A stretch of DNA of 64,000 bases from an uncultured Verrucomicrobiae bacterium (GTDB taxonomy: Bacteria > Verrucomicrobiota > Verrucomicrobiia > Limisphaerales > JAFGQR01), in contig CAWBHS010000090.1 of assembly GCA_963788655.1 (NCBI GenBank), positions 1-64,000 of the forward strand, read 5' to 3'. Position numbers and translations under genes: made by a program. Below are positions 45,088 to 56,338 of the stretch, piece by piece (the first letter of the stretch is position 1; each line of letters starts with the position of its first letter). The notes under the pieces were generated by a model that was not told the DNA's origin, ran no database searches, and saw only the letters and a list, made by a program, of their open reading frames with translations.

Positions 45088-45389
45088 CCTACACCGCTCC
45101 TTGCGCCGCACCATTTCGCCAACGCAACCATTTGTAGGCTTGTCGCCCGATTATTGACGTTTTGTGGATTCGGAATGTGATCGTTGAATGAATCGAAAGC
45201 GTCACCTGTATCTGTCGCATCACGCTAGACCGGGTCGACGCGCGAAGCAACTTGCCTGCCCTTGCAGACTATCATGGCTACCCTAGACTTCCGCCACCGT
45301 CGAAATTACTACGGCGGATAAGAGGACCGCCACGGCGCGCTTCGGTGCGATGCGGTCCAACATCATTTTCCACGTGAGGAGTTGGAGCT

Positions 45390-45710
45390 ATGGATAAGCG
45401 TGTAATCGTATTTTTGGCCGCCACGGTGTTCGCAGCCAGTGCCGGCGCTTCCGGTATGTCGAAGGACGCCGGATCGAGCGCCGCCATGGACAAGAGTGGC
45501 GATCAGTTCAGCAGCCTGGACACCAACGGTGACGGCAAGATCAGCAAAGAAGAAGCACAGGGCGAATTGAAGGCCAATTGGAGCAAGGCCGACGCCAACG
45601 CCGACGGCAGTATCGACGAATCCGAGTTCAGCGCATTCGAAGCTGAAAACCCGAGCGCGGCCGCACCGCCCTCCGGCGACTCGGGCGGCGACGCGTCCGG
45701 CGAAAAGTAA
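45390..45710 (+). CDS. Secreted EF-hand protein
   Basis: Signal peptide; DTNGDGKISKEE and DANADGSIDESE loops. Confidence 0.85.
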   Translation: MDKRVIVFLAATVFAASAGASGMSKDAGSSAAMDKSGDQFSSLDTNGDGKISKEEAQGELKANWSKADANADGSIDESEFSAFEAENPSAAAPPSGDSGGDASGEK

Positions 45711-45729
45711 ACACTGCAAATCCCGATGC

Positions 45730-45766
45730 GTTCGCGGGACCCGTTACGCGGGCCCCGCGAACTTTT
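45730..45766 (+). terminator. Intrinsic terminator
   Basis: GTTCGCGGG...CCCGCGAAC stem followed by TTTT. Confidence 0.65.
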
Positions 45767-45939
45767 GGTTTGACCCCTCCCCGCCGGTCGAAAATGACGT
45801 CTAACGACGACGTGAAATCGCGTTTACACCACTAGCCCGGCAACGTCAAAAGCCTAAACTGTCGCCACCGTCGCCAAGTCGGCGGAAAGAAGCTTAGGGC
45901 TCCGGCCCGTGACCATTTTTCTCCGCGGAGGAAACAGGA

Positions 45940-46260
45940 ATGAACAAGCGTTTGATGGTTTTGATCGCGGCCAGCATGTTTGCGACTGCATCGGTCGCCG
46001 CAGATAGCATGGACAGCACCAAGTACGACAAGCAGTTCAGCAAGTTGGACAAGAACCACGACGGCAAAATCAGCAAGGATGAAGCGAAAGCCAACAAGAC
46101 CCTGAAGAAGGATTGGAGCACCGCGGACGCCGACAGCGACGGCACGGTCACCAAGTCTGAGTTCAGCGCTTTCGAGGTTGCGCGCCACGCCAAGAAGTCG
46201 AGTATGTCGCACTCCAGTTCCGCACCGAGCGACAAACCTGCCAAAGCAGGCAGCGATTGA
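45940..46260 (+). CDS. Secreted EF-hand protein (paralogue of 45390..45710)
   Basis: Signal peptide; DKNHDGKISKDE and DADSDGTVTKSE; shared EFSAFE. Confidence 0.85.
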   Translation: MNKRLMVLIAASMFATASVAADSMDSTKYDKQFSKLDKNHDGKISKDEAKANKTLKKDWSTADADSDGTVTKSEFSAFEVARHAKKSSMSHSSSAPSDKPAKAGSD

Positions 46261-46289
46261 TGTCGCTCTGATCGACCGTCATTGATCGC

Positions 46290-46318
46290 AAAGCCCGGCC
46301 TCTTGGCCGGGCTTTTTT
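46290..46318 (+). terminator. Intrinsic terminator
   Basis: AAAGCCCGGCC-TCTT-GGCCGGGCTTTTTT. Confidence 0.85.
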
Positions 46319-46406
46319 CGTTGCACCGACCGCGATTCATGGCCGCCGCTCCCCCGGCCCGGTACAATAGCGATCCTGTTCCACAACGCCCAGCGGCAAC
46401 ACGCCC

Positions 46407-46970
46407 ATGAAAGCCAGTGAACTCAAAAAAGGCCACGTAGTCCAGCTTGACGGCCGCAGCATCTACATCAAAGAGGTGCAAGTCCAGACCGCCTCCTCCC
46501 GCAGTGGCAATACCTTGTACAAGGCCCGCGGTCAGGATGTCGCCACCAAGCAGAAATTCGAACGCAGTTTCAAGGGCGATGACGTGCTGCAGCCGGTGGA
46601 GTTCGAACGGCGCCCGGTGCAGTATCTGTTTCAGGACCCCGACGGCTGCACGTTCATGGATGCCGAGACTTACGAGCAATACAGTCTCAATGACGACGCC
46701 GTCGCCGAAGAACGTCCTTACCTGGTCGACGGCCTGGAAAACATTTACGCCTTGATCGCCGATGGCGTCGTGCTCGGCATCGAGCTGCCCGCCACCGTGA
46801 TTCTGGAAGTCGTCGACACTTCGCCGGCGATGAAAGGCGCCACCGCATCGGCCCGCAACAAGCCGGCCACACTCAACACCGGTTTGGTCGTGCAGGTACC
46901 CGAATACCTGGCCGCCGGCGAGCAGATCAAGGTCAACACACTCACCGGCGAGTTCATTTCCCGTGCTTGA
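46407..46970 (+). CDS. yeiP: Elongation factor P-like protein (EfpL/YeiP)
   Basis: KASELKKG, loop ASSRSGNTLYK (Arg tip, no PGKG), FMDAETYEQ, ATASARNKPA, VQVPEYL. Confidence 0.88.
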   Translation: MKASELKKGHVVQLDGRSIYIKEVQVQTASSRSGNTLYKARGQDVATKQKFERSFKGDDVLQPVEFERRPVQYLFQDPDGCTFMDAETYEQYSLNDDAVAEERPYLVDGLENIYALIADGVVLGIELPATVILEVVDTSPAMKGATASARNKPATLNTGLVVQVPEYLAAGEQIKVNTLTGEFISRA

Positions 46971-46988
46971 TGCGGGCTGCCGTCGCAC

Positions 46989-47936
46989 ATGAACGCCGGT
47001 TCCCGAGCGCAAGCCGCCGACGCGAACGCCACCGTGATCGTCGGCCGCGGCTTGGCCAAGCGTTACCACGACCAGGTTGCCGTGGACGGCATCGATCTCG
47101 ACATTCCCAAAGGCAAATGCTTCGGTTTTCTCGGTCCCAACGGTGCCGGCAAAACCACCACATTGCGCATGCTGCTGGGGCTTACGCCCATGACCAACGG
47201 CACGCTCACGGTATTCGGCCTGCCGGTGCCTGCCCGTGCGCGGGAGGTGCGCGCCCGGGTCGGCGTCGTACCCCAGGGCGACAACCTCGACCCGGATTTC
47301 TCGGTGGTCGAAAACCTGCGGGTCTATGCCAGCTATTTCGGCCTGCCACGGTCGCAGGTCGATAAACGCATCGAGGAGTTGCTGGAGTTCGCCGCCTTGC
47401 GCGACCGCCGAAACGCCAAGACCGACTCCCTGTCGGGCGGCATGAAACGGCGCCTGACCATTGCCCGCGCACTGATCAATGAACCGGAATTGGTGGTACT
47501 CGATGAACCCACGACCGGCCTCGACCCCCAGGCCCGGCACGTAATCTGGTCGCGCCTGGAAGAGTTGCGCGAGCGCGGGACGACGCTGCTGCTGACCACC
47601 CATTACATGGAGGAAGCCGAGCGCCTGTGCGACGAACTGGTGATCATGGATCACGGCCGCATACTCGATCAGGGTTCGCCGGCGCAATTGATCGACCGCC
47701 ATGTCGAAGCCGAAGTGATCGAAATCCGCTTGCACGGTAACGCGGTCCCGGACCTGCCGGGCCCGGAGTCGGGTTGCCGGGTGGAGCGCATGGGCACCAG
47801 CGTATATTGCTACACCCAGCAGTCGGCGCCATTGCTGGAGCGCCTGCGGGAATCCACCGGGCTGACCTTCACCCACCGTCCGGCGGGCCTGGAAGACGTG
47901 TTCCTGCGTCTCACCGGCCGGGAGCTGCGGGATTGA
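46989..47936 (+). CDS. nodI: NodI-like ABC-2 exporter ATP-binding protein
   Basis: GPNGAGKTT, GVVPQGDNLDPDF, LSGGMKRRLTIARAL, LEDVFLRLTGRELRD. Confidence 0.85.
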   Translation: MNAGSRAQAADANATVIVGRGLAKRYHDQVAVDGIDLDIPKGKCFGFLGPNGAGKTTTLRMLLGLTPMTNGTLTVFGLPVPARAREVRARVGVVPQGDNLDPDFSVVENLRVYASYFGLPRSQVDKRIEELLEFAALRDRRNAKTDSLSGGMKRRLTIARALINEPELVVLDEPTTGLDPQARHVIWSRLEELRERGTTLLLTTHYMEEAERLCDELVIMDHGRILDQGSPAQLIDRHVEAEVIEIRLHGNAVPDLPGPESGCRVERMGTSVYCYTQQSAPLLERLRESTGLTFTHRPAGLEDVFLRLTGRELRD

Positions 47937-48713
47937 ACCGGTGGCGGCTACCGCGGGCGCGGCGCGGCGCATTCGCCGTCTGGCATCGCAATGTGCGGGT
48001 GTGGCGCAAACTGCTGGGGCCGGCCATCGTCATGAACTTTGGCGAACCGACCCTGTATCTGCTCGGGCTCGGTTATGGGCTCGGCTTTTTCATCCGCAAC
48101 ATGGCGGAGATGCCCTATCTGACCTTTCTTGCTTCCGGCATCATCGCTTCCTCGGCTATGACCACCGCGACGTTCGAGGGCATGTACTCGGTCTTCACCC
48201 GCATGGTGCCCCAGCGCACCTATGAGGCGTTGCTCGCCACCCCAATCGAAGTGGACGATATTCTCGCCGGCGAAATGATCTGGTGCGCCACCAAAAGCCT
48301 GTTCAGCGGCTTCGCAATTTTAATCGTCGCCGCCATCCTTGGGGTGGTACAAGGCTGGCAGGCTTTGTGGGTATTGCCGGCGGTATTCCTGACCGGGCTC
48401 TGTTTCGCCGGACCGGCGATGATGATGAGCGCGGTGGCTTCGAACTACGATTTCTTCAACTACTACTTCGTCCTGGTGATCACACCCATGCTGTTGCTTT
48501 CGGGCGTGTTCTATCCCATCTCCACACTTCCGGCCGCGGTTCAAGGGGTCGTGCAGGTGTTGCCCCTGACCCACGCCGTAGCCCTGTGCCGTCCATTGCT
48601 TGCGCGGACTGCCGTTGACGCAGCCGTTGCTGCACGTCGGAGTGCTCTTGGCGTACGCGGTAATCAGCTATTACCTGGCCGTGGTCATGGTGCGGCGGCG
48701 GCTGCTGGTCTGA
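47933..48713 (+). CDS. nodJ: NodJ-like ABC-2 permease (frameshift near 48605)
   Basis: VWHRNVRVWRK, EPTLYLLGLGYGLG, YDFFNYY, LLSGVFYP, LPLTHAV. Confidence 0.85.
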
Positions 48714-48737
48714 ACCCCTACCTGGCGCTCGGTCCGG

Positions 48738-49118
48738 TCAAGGTTTGGAACCAGGCGAACCAAACAAACTGTCGAGTGCGTCCCGGGCGTTGGCCGAAAC
48801 ATTGGCCGACGTCGCGTCCCCTTCGGGAGCACGACCGAACAATGCCTCGAGTTCCCGCCGGGCACGGGCGGCCGCTTGGTCCTCCGGGCGAAAGGCATTG
48901 GCCGTCGGTTCGAAGTAACCGCAAAAGTTGGCCCGCTCCTTATGCAATACCGGCTCGGCAACCGGCTCGGTACAAGCCTGGGAGACTCCGGTATCGTAGA
49001 ACCGGCACATGCGACATACGTGCAGTTCGGCGGCACAGGCGGGACATTCGTCGCGCAGCGCCAACGATTGGAACGCCAGCGTATTACCGCATTTCCAACA
49101 CGCGAGTTGATCGACCAT
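48738..49118 (-). CDS. Cys-rich hypothetical protein
   Basis: CWKCG, CPAC, CRMCRFYD, KERANFCGYF, ARRELEALF. Confidence 0.75.
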   Translation of the reverse strand: MVDQLACWKCGNTLAFQSLALRDECPACAAELHVCRMCRFYDTGVSQACTEPVAEPVLHKERANFCGYFEPTANAFRPEDQAAARARRELEALFGRAPEGDATSANVSANARDALDSLFGSPGSKP

Positions 49119-49133
49119 AGCGCACCTTGCCGG

Positions 49134-49349
49134 TCAGCCAGTCATGCCCAAGGCGGCGGCGCCCAGGTACAGAACGCTGGCGACCACCAGTGAACCGCCC
49201 CAGGCGGCGACCCAATATTGTCGGCCACGCATGCCTGCCAACACCAGAATGACACCGATGATCAGACCCAGAAAGACCGATCCGACAATGAACGACTCGG
49301 TACTGGAACCGGCGGCCTGTTGGGCGGCCTGATCAATACGATAGCGCAT
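49134..49349 (-). CDS. Small two-TM hypothetical protein
   Basis: MRYRIDQAA...FIVGSVFLGLIIGVILVLAG.RGRQYW..WGGSLV; AAGGA RBS. Confidence 0.65.
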   Translation of the reverse strand: MRYRIDQAAQQAAGSSTESFIVGSVFLGLIIGVILVLAGMRGRQYWVAAWGGSLVVASVLYLGAAALGMTG

Positions 49350-49531
49350 ATAGATCCTTTCGTTGACTTCGACCACACCGAGCCCGTGGTAATCGGCTCG
49401 GGCCAGGTGTCGCGCCCATGATATCCATACCGCGCCCGCGGCAGAAACCAAAGGGCGGCTTAGGGTAAAATGCCGGGTTCCTGCATCCAACCTCTTTGAT
49501 CGTGGCCCGACCGGGCGCGCGTACGGTTCCC

Positions 49532-52500
49532 ATGGCCAACGACCGCATACTGGTGGAAGGTGCCCGGCAGAACAATCTGCAGCGACCTCTCCCTGAAATT
49601 ACCCCTGTACGAACTGATCGTCGTCACCGGCGTGTCCGGTTCCGGCAAGTCGTCCCTGGCGTTCGACACCATCTATGCCGAGGGCCAGCGCCGCTACGTC
49701 GAGACCTTCTCGCCCTATGCGCGCCAGTTCCTGGATCGAATGGACAAGCCCCAGGTGGATCGCATCGACGGCATCCCGCCGGCCATCGCCATCGACCAGA
49801 CCAATCCGGTGCGCACCTCGCGTTCCACGGTCGGCACCATGACCGAGCTCAACGATCATCTCAAATTGCTGTTCGCCCGCGCCGCCGCCCTGCACTGCCG
49901 CGGCTGCGGCGAGCCGGTGCGCCGGGACGATGCGCAGAGCATCTTGCAGACGCTGTTGCAACGCGCCGAACCCGGCGCGCGGGCGTTGATCGTGTTTCCG
50001 GTGCCGGTGCCCCACAACTTCAGCAGCGAAGAAGTGCGCGGGTTGCTGGAAAAGCAGGGCTATACCCGCATCCACAACGAGCACGACGGCACCCTGGAAG
50101 TGGTGCAGGACAGGCTGCGCCTCAGCGACGACAATCGCGCTCGCATCACCGAAGCGTTGGAGATCGCCCTCAAGACGGGCGGCGGCCATGTGCGCGTTAT
50201 CGAACTCGACGACCAGCGCGCCCCGAAGCACCAATGGCGTTTCTCCTCGCATTTGCACTGCGCCGAATGCGACATCGAATACCGCGAGCCGCTGCCCAAT
50301 CTGTTCTCGTTCAATTCCCCGATCGGCGCCTGCGACACCTGCCGCGGTTTCGGCCGGGTCATGGGCATCGACTACGACCTGGTGATTCCTGATCCCGGCA
50401 AGACCCTGGCCGAAGGCGCGGTGAAACCGTTCCAGACCGACAGTTACATCGAATCCCAGGGCGATCTGATGCGCTATGCGCGCAAACGCGGCATCCCCAC
50501 CGACGTGCCGTGGCGGAAGTTGAACGAAAGCCAGCGGCGCTGGGTGATCGAAGGCGAAGGCGACTGGGACGAAAAAGTCTGGTACGGCGTGCGCCGGTTC
50601 TTCGACTGGCTCGAATCCAAGAGCTACAAGATGCACATCCGCGTGCTGCTATCCAAGTACCGCTCCTACGACCGCTGCCCCGACTGCGAAGGCGCCCGGC
50701 TCAAGGACGAAGCCTTGTGGTGGCGCCTGGGCAGCCGCGACGATGCCTTGCAGGCCCTGCCCGAGACCCAGCGTTTCCAGCCGCCGCGCATGCAACTGGA
50801 TCAAGCGACCTTCAGCGCCTTGCCCGGCTTGACCGTCCACGATGTGATGCTGCTGCCGCTGGATCGCTGCAGCGCATTGTTCGATCAACTGCACTTGCCG
50901 CAACCGTTGGATCAGGCAACCGATCTGCTGCTGGGCGAGATCCGCAGCCGCCTGCGTTATCTCACCGATGTCGGTCTCGGTTACCTGACCCTGGACCGCC
51001 AGTCACGCACCCTGTCCGGCGGTGAAGTACAGCGCATCAATCTCACCACGGCGCTCGGCACCTCGCTGGTGAACACCTTGTTCGTGTTGGACGAACCATC
51101 CATCGGTCTGCACCCGCGCGACATGCACCGGGTGATCGGTGTCATGCACAAGCTGCGCGACGCCGGCAACTCCCTGCTGGTGGTGGAACACGATCCGCAG
51201 GTGATGCTGGCCGCCGACCGCATTCTCGACATCGGTCCGGGTCCCGGCGAACGGGGCGGCAGGAAAATGTTCTTCGGCACGCCGCAGAAACTGCTGGCCC
51301 ACAAGCGTTCGCTGACGGCGCGCTATCTTCGCGGCGATCTGACCGTGGCCGAAGCCGCACCGCCCAATCCGCCCGACGCCGACGGCCGTTGGCTGGAAAT
51401 CAAGGGCGCGCGGGAACACAATCTGCAGAGTGTGGATGCCGCGATTCCGTTGCAGCGCCTGGTGGCGATTACAGGTGTGTCCGGCTCGGGCAAATCCACC
51501 CTGATCCAGGATGTGCTCTACAACGCTTTGCGCAAGCGTAAAGGCAAACCGGTGGAACCGCCCGGCGCCCACGATGCCATCGTCGGTGATGACGAAATCG
51601 ACGACGTGGTGCTGGTGGACCAGTCGCCCATCGGCAAGACCGCGCGCTCCAACCCCGCCAGTTACGTCGGCGCATTCGATGGCATCCGCAAACTGTTCGC
51701 CGCCGAACCACTGGCGAAGGAACGCGGTTACACGCCGGGCACGTTCAGTTTCAACTCCGGCACCGGACGCTGCCCGACCTGCAACGGGTCCGGTTTCGAA
51801 CACGTGGAAATGCAGTTCCTGTCCGACGTCTACATCCGCTGTCCCGACTGCGACGGCAAGCGCTACCGCCCGGAAGTGCTAGAAGTGAAACTGCTGCCCG
51901 GCAAGTCCATCGCCGACGTGCTGGCCATGACGGTGTCGGAGGCCATAGACTTTTTCGCCGGTCACGCCGACGTCCTGGCGGCGCTGGAACCTTTGGCCGC
52001 AGTGGGGTTGAGCTATCTGCGCCTGGGACAACCGGTGCCGACCCTTTCCGGTGGCGAAGCCCAGCGCCTGAAGCTGGCCGGCTTTCTCGCCAAAGCCAAA
52101 GGTAATGGAAAAAAGGCGCTGTCGGGACCGCGTCTGTTCCTGTTCGACGAGCCCACCACCGGACTGCACTTCGACGATATCGCCACCTTACTGCGCGCCT
52201 TCCGCGCGCTGCTGGCCGAAGGCCATTCCCTGGTGGTGATCGAACACAACCTCGACGTCATAGCCGCCAGCGACTGGATCATCGACCTGGGGCCCGAAGG
52301 CGGCGACGGCGGCGGACGGATTCTGTGCAGCGGCACACCGGCCCAGGTCGCCGCCGATGCCGAAAGCCATACCGGCAAAGCATTGCGCGACTACGCCGCC
52401 GACAATGCGGCGCTGCGCCAGCAGGCTCTGCTGCCGGCGCCGGCCGCGCGCGAGAAAGTAAAAGCCCACGATGCCATCGAGATTCGGCACGCTCGCGAAC

Positions 52501-55103
52501 ACAACCTGCGCAACGTCGACATCCGCATCCCCCGCGACAAGTTCACGGTCATTACCGGCGTCTCCGGTTCCGGCAAAAGCACCGTGGCCTTCGACATTTT
52601 GTTCAACGAAGGTCAGCGCCGCTATCTGGAATCGTTGAATGCCTATGCGCGCCAATTCGTGCAGCCGTCGGCGCGGCCCGATGTGGATGCCGTGTACGGC
52701 ATTCCGCCCACGGTCGCCATCGAACAGCGCACCAGCCGCGGCGGCCGCAAGAGCACCGTCGCCACCATGACCGAGATCTATCACTTCCTGCGCCTGCTGT
52801 TCGTCAAGCTCGGCACCCAGTACTGTCCCGAGTGCGACGTGCCGATCGAGCCCCAGACCCTGGAAGCGATCGTCGCCCAGTTGCAGCGCAGCTACCGCGA
52901 ACGCACCGTGCAGCTGTATGCGCCGCTGGTGGTGGCGCGCAAAGGCTATTACACCGATTTGGCGAAATGGGCTGCGGCCAAGGGTTTCCAACAGCTTCGG
53001 GTGGACGGCGAACTGCTGCCCACCGAACCGTGGCCGCGGCTGGATCGTTTCGCCGAACACGATATCGATCTGCCCTTGGGCGAAGTGCGCGTGCAGAGCC
53101 GCAATGAGACGGCGCTGCGCGACGCCCTGCGCCAGGCGCTCGAATACGGCAATGGCCGAGTGCGGGTGGCGAACATGGGCAAAGGCAAACACCGGGAAAC
53201 CATCTTCTCCACCGAGCGCGCCTGCCCCGGTTGCGGCACCAGCTTCGACGAACTGGACCCGCGCATGTTTTCCTACAACTCCAAGCACGGCTGGTGTCCG
53301 TCGTGTTTCGGCACCGGCATGGAACTGCAGGATTTCGACGAACAACAGACCGGCGAGGAAATCTGGTGGAACGACTGGTACGAAGGCGGCGAGCATGTCT
53401 GTCCCGAGTGCGAAGGCCAGCGCCTGCGGCCGGAAGCGCTGGCGGTGCGCTTCCATGACCGCTCCATTGCCGAATACGCCGCCCTGCCCGTCGCTGCTGC
53501 GGAAAAACATTTCGACAAACTGCGTCTGCGCGGCCGGGACGCCGAAATCGCCCGGGACCTGCTGGCGGAATTGCAGGCGCGGCTGCGCTTTCTGAACGAA
53601 GTCGGCCTGGGCTATCTGGGCCTGGACCGCGCCGCGCCGACCCTGTCCGGCGGCGAAGCCCAGCGCATCCGGCTCGCTTCGCAACTGGGCTCGAACCTGC
53701 GCGGCGTGTGTTACATCCTCGACGAACCCACCATCGGTCTGCATCCGCGGGACAACCGGATGCTGCTCGATACCTTGCGCAAGCTGGAAGACAAAGGCAA
53801 TACGGTGGTGGTGGTGGAACACGACGAAGACACCATCCGCAGCGCCCAGCATGTGGTCGACCTCGGGCCGGGCGCCGGCGTCCAGGGCGGTCGGGTGGTC
53901 ACCGAAGGCACGGTGCGGCAGTTGATGAACGCACCGGACTCGGTCACCGGCCGCGCGCTGGCCCATCCGCTACAGCATCCCATGCTGCCGCGGCGGCCGA
54001 CCTCGTTGCGGGCGAAGACCGCTCCCGCCGCCGTGGATACACTCACGGTGGTGGCCGCCAACCTCCACAACCTGAAAAACGTCAACGCCAAGTTTCCGCT
54101 GCAGCGGCTGGTGTGCGTCAGCGGCGTCTCCGGCAGCGGCAAGAGTTCCCTGGTGCGCGACGTGCTGCGCGACAACGTGCAGCAACTGGTGGCGCGCAGG
54201 CGGCGAAAACGCGCGGCACTCCACGGTTGTCGTGAATTACTGGGCGCGGAACACATCGACCGGGTGCTGGAAGTGGACCAGACGCCCATCGGCAAAACGC
54301 CGCGTTCCTGCCCCGCCACCTACATCGGCATCTGGGACCGGGTGCGCAAGCTGTTCGCCGCGACTCCGGAAGCGCGTATTCGCGCCTACGGCCCTGGTCG
54401 GTTCTCGTTCAACACTTCCGGTGGGCGCTGTGAAGGCTGCGATGGCCAGGGCTTCAAGAAAATCGAAATGAGTTTCCTGCCGGACGTGAAGGTGCCCTGC
54501 GAAGTGTGCGGCGGTGCGCGCTTCAATGCCGAAACCATGACCGTGACCTACAAGGACAACAACGTTGCCGAAGTGCTGGCCATGGACGTGGACGAGGCGG
54601 TGACGTTCTTCCAGGCCCATCCGGCGATTCATCATCCGCTGCGCTTGTTGCAGGACGTGGGTCTTGGCTATCTGACCCTCGGCCAGCCGAGCCCGACCTT
54701 GTCGGGCGGTGAAGCACAACGCATCAAACTGGTCACCGAACTTGCCAAAGCCCGTCCGGTGGACGATGCCCGTGCCGCCGGCGACGCGAAACCGCGCAAC
54801 GGTCGGCAAACGTTGTATGTGCTGGACGAACCGACCGTGGGTCTGCACATGGCGGACGTGGAAAAGCTGATTCGGGTACTGCACCGGTTGGTGGATGCCG
54901 GGCACTCGGTGGTGGTGATCGAACACAACCTCGATGTATTGGCGGAAGCCGACTGGTTGATCGACCTGGGGCCGGAAGGCGGCGACGGTGGCGGACGTAT
55001 CGTTGCGCAGGGGCCGCCGGAGCAGGTTGCGGCAACGAAGGCGAAGTCCCATACCGCCCGCATTCTGGGAGAATTTCTCAGCGAACGCGGCTGGCGCAAT
55101 TGA
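49532..55103 (+). CDS. uvrA: Double-length excinuclease ABC subunit A (frameshift near 49581)
   Basis: Four GVSGSGKS Walker A motifs, four LSGGE signatures and multiple Zn-finger CxxC pairs; start [16 protein letters not shown]. Confidence 0.93.
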
Positions 55104-55139
55104 ACCGCGCAGAGTACAGCCGGGGACAAAATTTCACGC

Positions 55140-55172
55140 AAAAAAAAACCAGGCCGGTCTCAGACCGGCCTG
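55140..55172 (-). terminator. Intrinsic terminator between convergent genes
   Basis: CAGGCCGGTCT-C-AGACCGGCCTG inverted repeat with an adjacent A-run (U-tract on the minus strand). Confidence 0.75.
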
Positions 55173-55191
55173 CCGATCGACTCCGCTACGC

Positions 55192-55846
55192 TCAGCGCTG
55201 ACGCCGCCGGCGCGTGGCACTCGTTGCCAGACCCGCGACCGCGATTCCCAGCAAGCTCAACATACCTGGTTCCACTACCGATTGGGGCGGCGAATCGCCA
55301 CCGTCAACGCCGAAGATGGAAATGTGAGAGATCGACCCATTACTGAGCCAGAGATCGTCGAACAGCAGATTCTCGGTACCGTTCCAGCCGAGGGCGAGCA
55401 GCATCCCAAGCGTACCATCCCGGTGTGTTGCGGCCGTCCTTCGCCAGCGCCCAGAGCTCAGAATAATTCGACGGATGAATGTATGCCGCCGACGCTCCCA
55501 AATAGGTCATGAGCGCATCCTGTGGATCGGTAGTGGGCGAAAACGCCGTGTCGTAGGAATCTGCGAATGTCTTTTCGTCGAGACCGCCGGCGTTGCTCTT
55601 GTAGAGCTCAGTCAGCGAAACGTTTGCGCATCCACTCCCTTCGAGCGCGAAAATCACCGTGGGTGTCGAATTTTCGTTGCCTATACAGTCATAATTAGTC
55701 GTATCGAGCGTTACCGTAGCGCCGGCTTGCACGCTCATCAGGCTCAACGCCAGCGCTGCCATCACCCAACCACTGCTTTTGACTACCATCTCCGAACTAG
55801 TGTTCTTGATGCTCATGTTACGGATCCCCACGGCTCCGATCTGCAT
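55192..55846 (-). CDS. PEP-CTERM-type surface protein (variant VVEPG motif; frameshift near 55400; start uncertain)
   Basis: Signal peptide, TELYKSN, LAKDGR..P.WY, ISHISIFG, then VVEPGMLSLLGIAVAGL-ATSATRRRRQR. Confidence 0.8.
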
Positions 55847-55868
55847 TGGAATTCCCGTTACAGTTGCA

Positions 55869-55953
55869 GCAAGGCGCGTGCGACAGCAAGTTTATCCCGC
55901 TGCAATAGACACTTACAAAAATCGATCAGCAAATGCTGTATAGCGCGCCGACG
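55869..55953 (-). promoter_or_regulatory. Possible sigma-54 promoter plus PrsR-type enhancer box for the PEP-CTERM gene
   Basis: Minus strand TCGCAC-GCGCC-TTGC (imperfect -24); TGTATAGCGCGCCGACG at 55937-55953 resembles TGT-N11-ACA boxes. Confidence 0.3.
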
Positions 55954-56338
55954 GCTGCGCCGAGCCTCAAAACGAACCTCCTTGGTGCGACTCGTGATCG
56001 TTCCCGCTCTGGTTCGATTACAACCGTGACTTAGGTAATAGAGCGCGTATGACCAATGGAATAGACTGGCTCTCGAAACGGCGAATCATCGGCTGGAGCC
56101 GATCCGATATCGTCTACAGCGATCCGTAAAGGAATCTGACGACATGCGCGTGTGTGCCGTTGCAGGTCAACGCAAGGTACCGGCAGTTGGAAATCGCACG
56201 AATTGCGCGCAGTACCGTCGTTGAAACTGCCACACAAACCGCGCTGCCCCGCGCAGTGCTGGCATGGCGACAACGCTTCCGGTAACCTCGCTTGCCACGC
56301 TATACAACTGCACAGCTGCCCTATTCCCTATTTCTTTC

